Positions 36,434 through 45,833 of a DNA stretch of 50,468 nucleotides are shown here, one piece after another. Origin of the DNA: an uncultured Clostridia bacterium. GTDB lineage: Bacteria; Bacillota; Clostridia; Oscillospirales; CAG-272. The stretch lies in the NCBI GenBank assembly GCA_946404035.1, contig CAMJCC010000003.1, positions 1 through 50,468 of the forward strand, read 5' to 3'. The notes below the pieces were generated by a model that saw only the letters and a list, made by a program, of their open reading frames with translations, searched no databases and was not told where the DNA came from. A program made the position numbers and the translations under genes. Every line of letters begins with the position of its first letter. Within the stretch, counting starts at the first letter, position 1.

Positions 36434-38311
36434 ATGAACGATACGCCGATCCTTGATCGGATCACAAGCCCGGAGGACCTCCGGGAGATACCTGCAAAAG
36501 AGATCCCCGCGCTCGCCCAAGAGATCAGGGAATTCCTGATCGACAAGGTGACGAAAACGGGGGGACATCTCGCGTCCAATCTCGGGGTCGTCGAACTGAC
36601 CCTCGCCCTGCACCGCGTGTTCCAAACGCCAAACGACCGCCTGATCTTCGACGTCGGACACCAGAGTTACGTACACAAACTGCTGACGGGCCGGCGCGAC
36701 GGTTTCGACCGGCTGCGCACTCCTGGCGGACTTTCGGGTTTCACCCGCCGCGAGGAGAGCGAATACGATCCTTTCGGCGCGGGGCACAGTTCGACCTCCA
36801 TCTCCGCCGCACTCGGGTTTGCCCGGGCGGACCGGCTGTTTGGGCGCGAGAACTATACCGTCGCCGTGATCGGGGACGGGGCGTTCACCGGCGGGATGGT
36901 CCACGAGGCGCTGAATAACTGCGCAAAGGACCTGAAACTCATCATCGTCCTGAACGAAAACGAGATGTCGATCTCGCGCAATATCGGCGCGCTCGCGCGT
37001 CATCTTGCGAAGATCCGTAACTCCAAACGCTACCGCCGCGCAAAACGCGACACCGGCTCGATCCTGCGGCACATCCCGTTGCTCGGAAAGGGGATCTATC
37101 ACGCTGTTCGCGGGGTCAAGAAAGCGGTCAAGACCCTGCTTTATTCCTCCAACTATTTCGAGGAACTCGGGCTGTATTACGTCGGTCCCGTGGACGGCAA
37201 CGACTACGGCGAGGTCGAGCGCGCCCTGACCGCCGCAAAGGAGCAGGGCGAGCCGGTTTTGGTCCACGTCCGCACCGTCAAGGGAAAGGGATATCCCCCG
37301 GCGGAGAGCGACCCGCGCTCCTACCACAGCATCCGTCCCGGAGCGACCCCCGCGCGCACGTTCAGCGACGTGTTCGGAGAATGGCTGACCCGGGAGGGAG
37401 AAAGAGATCCCAAGATCGTCGCCGTGACCGCCGCGATGGGCGTCGCCACGGGGCTGGAACCGTTCGCCGCGCGTTTCCCGGAACGCTATACCGACGTCGG
37501 GATCGCGGAGGAACACGCCGTCACCTATTCCGCCGGACTTGCGGCGGGCGGGCTTTCGCCCTACGTGACGGTCTACTCCACGTTCTTACAGCGCGCCTAC
37601 GACAGCGTTCTGCACGACGTGGCGCTTCAGGAGTTGCCCGTCCGGATCATCATCGACCGCGCGGGACTAGCGAAGTCCGACGGTCCCACCCACCACGGGA
37701 TCTTCGACGTGGCGTTTTTGTCCCACATCCCGGATATCCGCCTGTTCGCCCCGATCACTTTTCAGTCGCTGGAAGCGGTGCTCGAGGCGACCAAGGACGA
37801 TCCCGGACCCGTGGCGATCCGCTACCCGAACAGCGGGGAGGACCCCGTCGTCGTTTCGACGTTCTATCCCACGGGAGAATACGGCGAACCTTTCGTACGG
37901 TCGGACAACGTGATGGATCCCGTCGCCGTGATCGTTACTTACGGCGGGATCGTTTCCGAGGCGCTGAAAGCGAAAGAACTGCTGAAAGAAAAGGGGATCA
38001 CGGTCTCCGTGATCCTTGTGGAAGAACTAAAACCTTACGATCAAACGGCGGCGATGATCGCCTCGCAGATCCCGGACGGCGTCCCGATCGTTTTCGTCGA
38101 GGAGGGGATCTACGACGGCGGCGCCTCGATGATCTTATCCGAACGGCTGTCCGAACATTTTGAAACTCCGCCGCCCACCCGCATCCTTGCGATACCGGAT
38201 CATTTTGCTTCCCCGAAGTCGCCCTGCGATCTGCTCGGCTGGCTTCGTCTTGACGCCGCCGGGATCGCGAACGAGGTCACGTCGCTGCTTGACGAGATCG
38301 CGGAAAACTGA
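36434..38311 (+). CDS. dxs: 1-deoxy-D-xylulose-5-phosphate synthase
   Basis: GGHLASNLGVVEL, DVGHQSYVHK, GHSSTS, GDGA..LNEN, GIAEEHA, DRAG, DGPTHHG. Confidence 0.96.
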   Translation: MNDTPILDRITSPEDLREIPAKEIPALAQEIREFLIDKVTKTGGHLASNLGVVELTLALHRVFQTPNDRLIFDVGHQSYVHKLLTGRRDGFDRLRTPGGLSGFTRREESEYDPFGAGHSSTSISAALGFARADRLFGRENYTVAVIGDGAFTGGMVHEALNNCAKDLKLIIVLNENEMSISRNIGALARHLAKIRNSKRYRRAKRDTGSILRHIPLLGKGIYHAVRGVKKAVKTLLYSSNYFEELGLYYVGPVDGNDYGEVERALTAAKEQGEPVLVHVRTVKGKGYPPAESDPRSYHSIRPGATPARTFSDVFGEWLTREGERDPKIVAVTAAMGVATGLEPFAARFPERYTDVGIAEEHAVTYSAGLAAGGLSPYVTVYSTFLQRAYDSVLHDVALQELPVRIIIDRAGLAKSDGPTHHGIFDVAFLSHIPDIRLFAPITFQSLEAVLEATKDDPGPVAIRYPNSGEDPVVVSTFYPTGEYGEPFVRSDNVMDPVAVIVTYGGIVSEALKAKELLKEKGITVSVILVEELKPYDQTAAMIASQIPDGVPIVFVEEGIYDGGASMILSERLSEHFETPPPTRILAIPDHFASPKSPCDLLGWLRLDAAGIANEVTSLLDEIAEN

Positions 38312-38358
38312 AAAGAAAAAGCCGCTTGCAAAAACCTTGCAAGCGGCTGATTTTATTT
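38312..38358. terminator. bidirectional terminator
   Basis: agccgcttgcaa / ttgcaagcggct flanked by A and T runs. Confidence 0.8.
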
Positions 38359-38922
38359 GGTTGCCGGACGGTTCTTTTCGTGCCGGAGCAGGATGCGCAT
38401 CTCGGGGTTCTTGCGGCGCAGGAACATCAGAAACGCAAGTTTCTGTTCGACAGAAAGCGTCGATTTGTCCATCGGGACCGACACGGGGGAAAAGGACTTG
38501 TCCCCGATCACCAGGGTCAGGAGGTTCTCCGACTCGATCAGGGCGGAGATCGACGTGAACGGAAGAAAATGCGATCTCCCGTCGATGCGGATATCGAGCG
38601 ACGCCTCGGAAAAGAGCGTGTTGAACTCGATCATCCCCTTGTCGGAATGGGGACTGCATCCCTCGATCGCCCGTCGGAGTTTCAGCATCGGGATCCTGTA
38701 GGAGAGCAGGGCGTACCCGACGAAGAAGACGGCGAGAACGTACGGAATGAAAAAGTACCAGATCCCGCGGATAAGAAAACCCGTCCCCCAGATCAGGCAC
38801 AAAACGGAGAGGATAGCGACGGGGATATCGAGGTTCCGGCGACGGAAACGGAGCGCTGCCCGGACGCTTTCCAGCATGACGGAGCGGTCTGCGTTTACGG
38901 TGTTGACGAAAACGGGTGTCAT
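38353..38922 (-). CDS. YcxB-like membrane protein (2 TM plus soluble C-terminal domain)
   Basis: Two TM helices, then FSEASLDI..LPFTSISALIESENLLTL. ATG 38922 chosen for its gagga RBS; own promoter upstream. Confidence 0.6.
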   Translation of the reverse strand: MTPVFVNTVNADRSVMLESVRAALRFRRRNLDIPVAILSVLCLIWGTGFLIRGIWYFFIPYVLAVFFVGYALLSYRIPMLKLRRAIEGCSPHSDKGMIEFNTLFSEASLDIRIDGRSHFLPFTSISALIESENLLTLVIGDKSFSPVSVPMDKSTLSVEQKLAFLMFLRRKNPEMRILLRHEKNRPATK

Positions 38923-38952
38923 AGCTTTCCTCACATTTTACGGTTTTTACAT

Positions 38953-38981
38953 ATTATATCATAAGCCCCGACGATTGTCAA
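38953..38981 (-). promoter_or_regulatory. consensus sigma-A promoter
   Basis: Minus strand TTGACA-17-TATAAT with TG extension. Confidence 0.85.
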
Positions 38982-39056
38982 CAATTTTTGCTCCGTCGAA
39001 TGCGCCGCCAGGTGGGTTGATAGTCGCTTTCTTTTTGCCGGTTTCTCATTTTTCTG

Positions 39057-39085
39057 TTGCTTTTTGGCGAAGGATGTGCTATAAT
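39057..39085 (+). promoter_or_regulatory. sigma-A promoter
   Basis: TTGCTT-17-TATAAT with TG extension. Confidence 0.7.
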
Positions 39086-39165
39086 CATAATTGCTTGTCC
39101 CGGAAAGACGAACTGTTCGTATGGTCGAAAAGACCAAATGAAAATAATACGAAGGAAAAGATTGT

Positions 39166-41034
39166 ATGAATATCATAGCCCAGCTTGGCAAGGGCAGAAA
39201 ACGATGGGTCTTTGCCGCATTGGATGTGATCCTTCCGTTCTTGGTCATCCTCGTCGTCGATCTGATCGGGGTCTCTCCGATCTCGGAGATCGGGCAATTC
39301 CTTGCGGAGCATTGGTACGTCATCCTGATCCAGGGGGCGGTCTATCCGATCGTGTTCCTGATCTTCCGGATCTATCGCATCAACTGGGTCTTCTGTAACG
39401 CTTGGGAGTGCGTCCGCCTGATCGCCGTCAGCGGCGGTTGCGCGGTCGGCGGTTTCTTCGCCGCCGTGATCTTTTTCCCGGGCGATCATCTGTTTTTGAA
39501 ACTCACGCTTTCCTCCGGGATCATCGTTTTCGGCTGCCTGATCGGGAGCCGCCTGCTTCTCGGGATCCTTTACAAGATCATGGTGGAGCGGCAGAAGGAG
39601 CAGTACAACCGTCCGAAACGCACGCTGGTCATCGGCGCCGGATCGCTGGCGGTCATCCTCCTCCGGGACAATTCCTACAATGAACGCATCAACTATAAGA
39701 TCGTCGGTCTGATCGACGACGATCCCGCGAAACTGCACCAGAAGATCCACGGTGCGACGGTCCTCGGCGGCCGCGACGACATCGAGCGGATCGTCAAAGA
39801 GAACCACATCGAACTGATCATCTTCGCGATCAGTACGATCGACCAGAAGAACAAGTCCGAGCTGCTTTCGATCTGCAGTAAGACGCGGCGCCGCGTGCTG
39901 ATCCTGAAAGGCGTCGAGGAGTCCCTCGTCAAGGAGGGCGGCGCGCCGGACAAGCTGCTTCGCAACGTCGAGATCGAGGACCTCCTCGAGCGCGAGCCCA
40001 TCCGTCTGAACAACAGTCTGATCGGCGAGGAACTGACCGGCAAGGTCGTGCTCGTCACGGGCGGCGGCGGATCCATCGGTTCGGAACTCTGCCGTCAGAT
40101 CCTGCGCTTCAATCCCGCGCATCTGATCATTCTCGATATTTACGAGAACACCACCTACGAGGTCCAGAACGAACTGGAAGAGAAATACCCGGATCAAAAG
40201 ATCACGGTCCTGATCGGATCCGTCCGCGAAAAGGCGCGGATCGACGAGATCATGGAGCAGTACAAACCCTGGATCGTTTTCCACGCCGCGGCGCATAAGC
40301 ACGTTCCCTTGATGGAATACAGCCCCGCCGAGGCGATCAAGAACAACGTGTTCGGTACCTACAACACGGCGCGTTCCGCCGCCGAACACGGCGTCCGTCG
40401 TTTCGTGATGATCTCGACCGACAAGGCGGTCAACCCCACCAACGTGATGGGCGCATCCAAGCGGCTTTGCGAGATGGTCGTGCAGACCATGCAAAAGTGT
40501 TCGGACACCGAGTTCGTCGCGGTCCGGTTCGGCAACGTGCTCGGATCTCACGGCTCGGTCATCCCGCGCTTCCGCAAGCAGATCGAGCAGGGCGGTCCCG
40601 TCACCGTCACGCACCCCGATATCACCCGGTTCTTTATGACCATTCCCGAGGCGGCGCAGCTGGTCCTTCAGGCGGCGTCCTACGCCAAGGGCGGCGAGAT
40701 CTTCGTCCTCAACATGGGCAAACCCGTCCGGATCTGCGATCTGGCAAAGAAGATGATCTCGCTCTCGGGTCTTCGTCCCGACGAGGATATCAAGATCGTC
40801 TTTACGGGTCTTCGTCCCGGCGAGAAACTCTACGAGGAGTTGCTGATGGACGAGGAGGGTCTGACCAAGACCGCGCACAGCAAGATCTTCATCGGCCGTC
40901 AGATCGACATCACCGAGGAAGAACTGAAAGAAAAGCTGGCGAAACTCGAAACGGTACTGCACGCCGATCCCGAGACCGTCAAGAATATGATGGAAGAGGT
41001 CGTTCCGACCTACAAACGCAACAGACAAGATTGA
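39166..41034 (+). CDS. membrane-bound UDP-GlcNAc 4,6-dehydratase (CapD/PglF/WbpM family)
   Basis: 4 TMs, IGAG CoA-binding-like domain, VTGGGGSIGSEL, HAAAHKHVP, STDKAVNPTNVMGASK, GLRPGEKLYEEL. Confidence 0.92.
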   Translation: MNIIAQLGKGRKRWVFAALDVILPFLVILVVDLIGVSPISEIGQFLAEHWYVILIQGAVYPIVFLIFRIYRINWVFCNAWECVRLIAVSGGCAVGGFFAAVIFFPGDHLFLKLTLSSGIIVFGCLIGSRLLLGILYKIMVERQKEQYNRPKRTLVIGAGSLAVILLRDNSYNERINYKIVGLIDDDPAKLHQKIHGATVLGGRDDIERIVKENHIELIIFAISTIDQKNKSELLSICSKTRRRVLILKGVEESLVKEGGAPDKLLRNVEIEDLLEREPIRLNNSLIGEELTGKVVLVTGGGGSIGSELCRQILRFNPAHLIILDIYENTTYEVQNELEEKYPDQKITVLIGSVREKARIDEIMEQYKPWIVFHAAAHKHVPLMEYSPAEAIKNNVFGTYNTARSAAEHGVRRFVMISTDKAVNPTNVMGASKRLCEMVVQTMQKCSDTEFVAVRFGNVLGSHGSVIPRFRKQIEQGGPVTVTHPDITRFFMTIPEAAQLVLQAASYAKGGEIFVLNMGKPVRICDLAKKMISLSGLRPDEDIKIVFTGLRPGEKLYEELLMDEEGLTKTAHSKIFIGRQIDITEEELKEKLAKLETVLHADPETVKNMMEEVVPTYKRNRQD

Positions 41035-41040
41035 GTTTTC

Positions 41041-41082
41041 GATCGCTCCCGACCGCCGTCGGGAGCGATTTTTCTTTTTTTT
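41041..41082 (+). terminator. intrinsic terminator
   Basis: atcgctcccgac-cgcc-gtcgggagcgat followed by a T-run. Confidence 0.85.
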
Positions 41083-41105
41083 CCTTGAAAAAGGGGCGTT
41101 TGCCC

Positions 41106-41134
41106 TTGTAAAAAGAGGGAAAAGGTGTTATAAT
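41106..41134 (+). promoter_or_regulatory. sigma-A promoter for metG-tatD
   Basis: TTGTAA-17-TATAAT with TG extension. Confidence 0.75.
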
Positions 41135-41181
41135 ACTCAAAAGTGACCCGTAAAGGAAAAGACAGGGCACGGAGGTACGCC

Positions 41182-43128
41182 ATGGCAAAAGAAAAGTTCT
41201 ATCTGACTACCGCGATCGCATACGCGTCGCGGAAACCGCATATCGGGAATACCTATGAGATCATCATGTCCGACGCCGTCGCGCGCTTCCGCCGCCAGAC
41301 CGGCTACGACGTGTATTTCTGCACGGGTACCGACGAACACGGTCAGAAGATCGAGAACTACGCAAAAGAGGCGGGGCAGACCCCGCAGGAATACGTTGAC
41401 CGCGTCGCGGGCGAGATCAAGGGCGTGTGGGATTGTATGGGGACGAGTTACGACCGCTTCATCCGCACGACCGAACCCGGACACGTCCGCGCGGTGCAGA
41501 AGATCTTTCGCCGGTTCTACGAGCAGGGCGACATCTATAAAGGGTACTATGTGGGCTGGTACTGCACCCCCTGCGAGTCCTTCTTTACCAATACGCAGGT
41601 CGTGGACGGCAAATGCCCCGACTGCGGCGCGCCCGTCGTGCAGGCAAGGGAAGAAGCGTACAAATTCAAAATGTCCGCCTACGCCGACCGGCTGATCAAG
41701 TACATCGAGGATCACCCCGGCTTCATCGAGCCCGAAGCCCGCAAGAACGAGATGATGAACAATTTTCTCAAGGTCGGGCTGCAGGATCTTTGCGTTTCAC
41801 GCACCAGTTTCAAGTGGGGGATCCCGGTCGACTTTGACGACAAGCACGTCGTTTACGTCTGGCTCGACGCGCTTTCCAACTATATCACCGCGATCGGCTA
41901 CGACCCCGACAAGAGTTACGAGGAGCAGTCCGAGCAGTTCCGGCGGCTCTGGCCGGCGGACGTGCACGTCATCGGCAAGGATATCCTGCGTTTCCATACG
42001 ATCTACTGGCCCATCTTCCTGATGGCGCTCGACCTGCCGCTCCCGAAAAAGGTGTTCGGGCATCCGTGGTTCAACTTCGGCACCGATAAAATGTCCAAAT
42101 CCAAGGGCAACGTGGTCTACGCCGACGAACTTGCCGAGAGCTTCGGACGCGACGGCGTGCGCTACTACGCGCTCGCCGATATGCCCTACGCCAACGACGG
42201 CAGCGTGACCTATCAGAACGTGCTGAACCGCTATAACCAGGATCTTGCCAACAACCTCGGCAACCTGGTCAGCCGGACGCACGCGATGACCAAAAAGTAT
42301 TTCGACGGCGTCGTCCCGACCCCCGCGGGCGAGGAGGGACCCGACGCCGAACTGAAAGCGACGGCGCAAAAGGCGAAGGACGCGTCGTTCGAGTTGATGA
42401 ACGACTACCACATCGCCGACGCGCTGGAGGAGATCTTCGCGCTGTTCAGCCGGGCGAACAAGTATATCGACGAGACCATGCCGTGGGTGCTTGCCAAGGA
42501 TGAAAGCAATCGCGCGCGCCTCGGGACGGTGCTTTACAACCTGCTGGAGGCGGTGCGCTACGGAGCGGTGCTCCTGACCCCGTTCATCCCCGACACGGCG
42601 GACAAGATCTTCAACCAGCTCGGCACCGATAAGACCGACTACGCGTCGATCTCCTCGTTCGGCGCGCTGGAAAGCGGCAAACCGCTCGGCGAGGCGTTCA
42701 CGCTCTTCGCCCGGATCGACGAAGCAAAGTTCCTTTCCGAGATCGAAGCAAAGCAAAAGGCGGCGGAGCAGAACGCGCAAAAAGAGACCCCGGAACCCGA
42801 ACACGAGCCCGAGATCAAGATCGATGCGTTCAAGGGGGTCGAACTCCGCTCGGCAGAGATCCTCACCTGCGAGCCGGTCCCGAAAGCCAAGAAACTCTAT
42901 CGGATCGAGGTCGATCTCGGCTTCGAAAAACGGCAGATCGTTTCGGGCATCGCCAAGTACTATCAGCCCGCCGACCTGATCGGCAAAAAGGTGATCGTGG
43001 TCGCCAACCTCGCGCCCGCCACGCTCTGCGGCGTGGAGAGCAAGGGGATGCTTCTCGCATCTGGCGAGGAGGACGTCCGCGTGGTCTTTTTGGATCCCGC
43101 GACCAAAAACGGCGAACGGATCCACTGA
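41182..43128 (+). CDS. metG: methionyl-tRNA synthetase with C-terminal tRNA-binding domain
   Basis: PHIGN, GTDEHG, CTPC..CPDC knuckle, YVWLDAL, KMSKS, RQIVSGI; start reset to ATG 41182 after ggaggt. Confidence 0.97.
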   Translation: MAKEKFYLTTAIAYASRKPHIGNTYEIIMSDAVARFRRQTGYDVYFCTGTDEHGQKIENYAKEAGQTPQEYVDRVAGEIKGVWDCMGTSYDRFIRTTEPGHVRAVQKIFRRFYEQGDIYKGYYVGWYCTPCESFFTNTQVVDGKCPDCGAPVVQAREEAYKFKMSAYADRLIKYIEDHPGFIEPEARKNEMMNNFLKVGLQDLCVSRTSFKWGIPVDFDDKHVVYVWLDALSNYITAIGYDPDKSYEEQSEQFRRLWPADVHVIGKDILRFHTIYWPIFLMALDLPLPKKVFGHPWFNFGTDKMSKSKGNVVYADELAESFGRDGVRYYALADMPYANDGSVTYQNVLNRYNQDLANNLGNLVSRTHAMTKKYFDGVVPTPAGEEGPDAELKATAQKAKDASFELMNDYHIADALEEIFALFSRANKYIDETMPWVLAKDESNRARLGTVLYNLLEAVRYGAVLLTPFIPDTADKIFNQLGTDKTDYASISSFGALESGKPLGEAFTLFARIDEAKFLSEIEAKQKAAEQNAQKETPEPEHEPEIKIDAFKGVELRSAEILTCEPVPKAKKLYRIEVDLGFEKRQIVSGIAKYYQPADLIGKKVIVVANLAPATLCGVESKGMLLASGEEDVRVVFLDPATKNGERIH

Positions 43129-43131
43129 TCC

Positions 43132-43920
43132 GTGAAATACTTTGATACGCACGCCCACTACTGGGATGCGGCATTCACGCAAAACGGTGAGAGCGCCGAT
43201 CAACTGATCGACGCTCTCCTCTCGCGCGACGTCGCCGGCATCGTCAACGTCGGGACCTCCTGCGAAACCTCGCTCCTCGCAAAAGAACAGGCGGAAAGAC
43301 ACCCGGGGATGGAGTACGCCGCCGGGATCCACCCGACCGACGCGCAGGGGCTGACCTGCTCTTTGGAGGACGCGATCGACGCGATCCGCGCGCTGTTCAT
43401 GTCCCCCGAGGGCAAACGCCCGGTCGCGCTCGGCGAGATCGGTCTTGATTACCACTACGACGACACCGACAAGGGGTTGCAGGCGGCGTTTTTCGACGCG
43501 CAACTGTCGCTTGCCGAGGAACTCTCCGTCCCGGTCGTCATCCACGACCGCGACGCGCACGCCGACGTGTTCGACGCGTTGGCGCGGCATCCCCGCGTCA
43601 CGGGGGTGATGCACAGTTTTTCCGGCAGCGCCGAGATGGCGGCGGATTACGCGAAGCGCGGATGGTACATCTCGTTTTCAGGCACCGTTTCGTTCAAAAA
43701 CGCCCGCAAGGTGGTCGAGGCGGCGGCGGTCGTACCGAGCGACCGCATTCTGATCGAGACCGACGCGCCCTACCTTACGCCCCACCCGTTCAGGGGACAA
43801 CGGAACCACTCGGGCTTCCTTTCCTACACCAACGCCGCCCTTGCCGCGGCGCGGGGCGTATCTCCCGAGGAAACGGCGGAGTTGACCCTCGAGAACGCAA
43901 AGCGCCTGTTCCGTCTGTAA
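43132..43920 (+). CDS. tatD: TatD-family nuclease/hydrolase
   Basis: FDTHAH, GIHP, GEIGLDY, IHDRDAH, HSFSG, ETDAPYL; follows metG as in Bacillota. Confidence 0.93.
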   Translation: MKYFDTHAHYWDAAFTQNGESADQLIDALLSRDVAGIVNVGTSCETSLLAKEQAERHPGMEYAAGIHPTDAQGLTCSLEDAIDAIRALFMSPEGKRPVALGEIGLDYHYDDTDKGLQAAFFDAQLSLAEELSVPVVIHDRDAHADVFDALARHPRVTGVMHSFSGSAEMAADYAKRGWYISFSGTVSFKNARKVVEAAAVVPSDRILIETDAPYLTPHPFRGQRNHSGFLSYTNAALAAARGVSPEETAELTLENAKRLFRL

Positions 43921-43925
43921 AAAGC

Positions 43926-43970
43926 AAAAAAAACGGGGGACCCGGTTTCGGGTCCCCCGTAATGTTTTTT
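43926..43970. terminator. bidirectional terminator
   Basis: acgggggacccg-gttt-cgggtcccccgt flanked by A and T runs. Confidence 0.85.
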
Positions 43971-44893
43971 CAGGCAAGTTCCATCATCTTGTCGATACAG
44001 ACTTTCGCGTCCCGGAGAGTCGCCTCGTCAAGGACAATCTCCTCACCGCCGGTGCCGTTGATCGCGGCAAGAACGTCGGGGAGGGAAGTCAGGCGCATAT
44101 TCCGGCAGACCAGGTTTTTGGTCAGGGGATAGAACTTCTTATCGGGGAAGCGGTAGGAGAGGTGCCAGACCACGCTGAGTTCGGTCCCGATGATAAACTC
44201 TTTGTCGGGCGACTTGGCGGCGTAGTCGATGATCCCGGTGGTCGAGCCGATATAGTCGGCAAGGGCGGTCACGGCGGGGGTGCACTCGGGGTGGACCAGC
44301 AGTTTTGCGCCGGGGTGCCGGGCGATCGTTTCTTTGGCTTCTGTGACCGAAACCCCCGCGTGGATGGGGCATCCGCCGCGCCAGAGCGTGATCTTGCGGT
44401 CGGGGTAAGCCGCGGCGACGTAGGCGCCGAGGTTGCAGTCGGGGATGAACAGGATCTCGCGGTCTTTCGGCAGTTTCCCGACGACCGAGAGCGCCGACGC
44501 GGAGGTGACGCAGACGTCCGAAACGCATTTCAAATCCGCCGTCGTGTTGACGTAGGCGACCACGATCACGTCGGGGTGATCCGCCCGGTAGTCCTCGATC
44601 TCCTCGCGCACAAACTGTTCCGCCATCGGGCATCCGGCGTCGGGAGCGGCAAGGATCACTCTCTTTTCGGGGGATAGCAGTTTTACGGTCTCCGCCATAA
44701 AGCGGACCCCGCACATCAGAACGTTCTTTTCGGCGATGCCCATCGCCTTTTTGCTGAGCGCAAACGAGTCCCCGACGAAATCCGCGATCTCGACGATCTC
44801 GGGGGATTGGTAAACGTGGGCGAGGATGGAAAAACCGCGCTCCTTCTTGGCTTTCAGGACGGCGTCCTGGTATTCGCGGACGGTGGTCGGCAT
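43970..44893 (-). CDS. nadA: quinolinate synthase
   Basis: AHVYQ, VGDSFAL, CGVRFMAET, AGCPMA, YVNT, GCPIH, HPEC, VCRNM (three Fe-S Cys). Confidence 0.95.
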   Translation of the reverse strand: MPTTVREYQDAVLKAKKERGFSILAHVYQSPEIVEIADFVGDSFALSKKAMGIAEKNVLMCGVRFMAETVKLLSPEKRVILAAPDAGCPMAEQFVREEIEDYRADHPDVIVVAYVNTTADLKCVSDVCVTSASALSVVGKLPKDREILFIPDCNLGAYVAAAYPDRKITLWRGGCPIHAGVSVTEAKETIARHPGAKLLVHPECTPAVTALADYIGSTTGIIDYAAKSPDKEFIIGTELSVVWHLSYRFPDKKFYPLTKNLVCRNMRLTSLPDVLAAINGTGGEEIVLDEATLRDAKVCIDKMMELA

Positions 44894-44932
44894 ATTCGGT
44901 CCTTTCTCCGGCTTCGCCGGACTGGTTCGATT

Positions 44933-45703
44933 TCAGAATGCGTTGCGCGGGTAATACTTGTATTCGTCGTAGGTGTTGTCGTAGTATTGCTCCTCGGGGT
45001 CGGTATGGACCGTCGGACCGGGATCGGTCTTCGACGTGCGGATCCAGTAGCGGTCGGCGTCCCCGTTGACGATCTTGCGGTGGACGGTCTCCGTCGCCTT
45101 TTTGTTGATGCGGGAAACGATGATCTTCAGCGCGTTCCTCGTTTTCTTCCGGCCCGGGGGCGCGGCGCGCGTTTGCAGCTCCGCGATCGGGACAGGGTCT
45201 GGAAAGGCGAGGATCAGCGCGCGCAGAAACATCCGCTCGCAGCGGGTGAACTTGACGGAGGTGCCGTAGACGGTGTGGTCGGCGTATTCGATGCGGTCGC
45301 GGACGCCGCCGGCGATCCTGTCCCACGGATCGGTCTTTCCCCTTGCAACGAAGAGTTTTGCGATCTCGCGCAGGATCGCCCGGTCGGTCAGGCTGCGGGC
45401 GAGCAGGAGTTCGGGCGCGTCGCCCTTTTCCGTTGTGGTAACCGTCCCGTCACACCCGAGCACCACGACCGGGCAGTCGGTCTTGTGGCGGATGGTCTTG
45501 TAAAACTGAGGGGGACGGGCGGGATCGTCGGGACGGAGCAGGAGCAGAAAGGTGATCCGGTCGCTGATCCGCTCGGACGAGAGCCGGTTGCGGAGCGAGG
45601 CGTAGGTCGTGACGTCGGACAGCAGATGCAACTCCCAGAGGTGCCGTTGCATCGCTTCGCCGCGTTTCCTGTCGCCGTCCAGGATCAGGATCATGGATGT
45701 CAC
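44933..45703 (-). CDS. pseudo-receiver plus winged-helix (OmpR-like) putative transcription regulator
   Basis: ILILDGD beta-1 but no Asp at the end of beta-3 (FLLLLRP); wHTH-like KFTRCERMFLRAL..LKIIVSRINKK; GTG start after ggagg; own promoter. Confidence 0.6.
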   Translation of the reverse strand: MTSMILILDGDRKRGEAMQRHLWELHLLSDVTTYASLRNRLSSERISDRITFLLLLRPDDPARPPQFYKTIRHKTDCPVVVLGCDGTVTTTEKGDAPELLLARSLTDRAILREIAKLFVARGKTDPWDRIAGGVRDRIEYADHTVYGTSVKFTRCERMFLRALILAFPDPVPIAELQTRAAPPGRKKTRNALKIIVSRINKKATETVHRKIVNGDADRYWIRTSKTDPGPTVHTDPEEQYYDNTYDEYKYYPRNAF

Positions 45704-45720
45704 CCCTCCGTTTTTGTCAT

Positions 45721-45804
45721 ATTATATCACAGGGAATTTGGAAATGCAAGGTTTTTCCCGAAAGACGCCGTTCGCTTGACAGATAAAACAAGGTATGCTA
45801 AAAT
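45721..45804. promoter_or_regulatory. divergent sigma-A promoter pair
   Basis: Minus strand TTGCAT-17-TATAAT (45721-45749); plus strand TTGACA-17-TAAAAT (45776-45804). Confidence 0.75.
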
Positions 45805-45833
45805 GGACGAAGAAATCGAAACGGGGTGACGGT

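Noticed and set aside
41135-41181. T-box or SAM riboswitch upstream of metG
   Set aside because: The leader is only about 40 nt and has no T-box or S-box motif.
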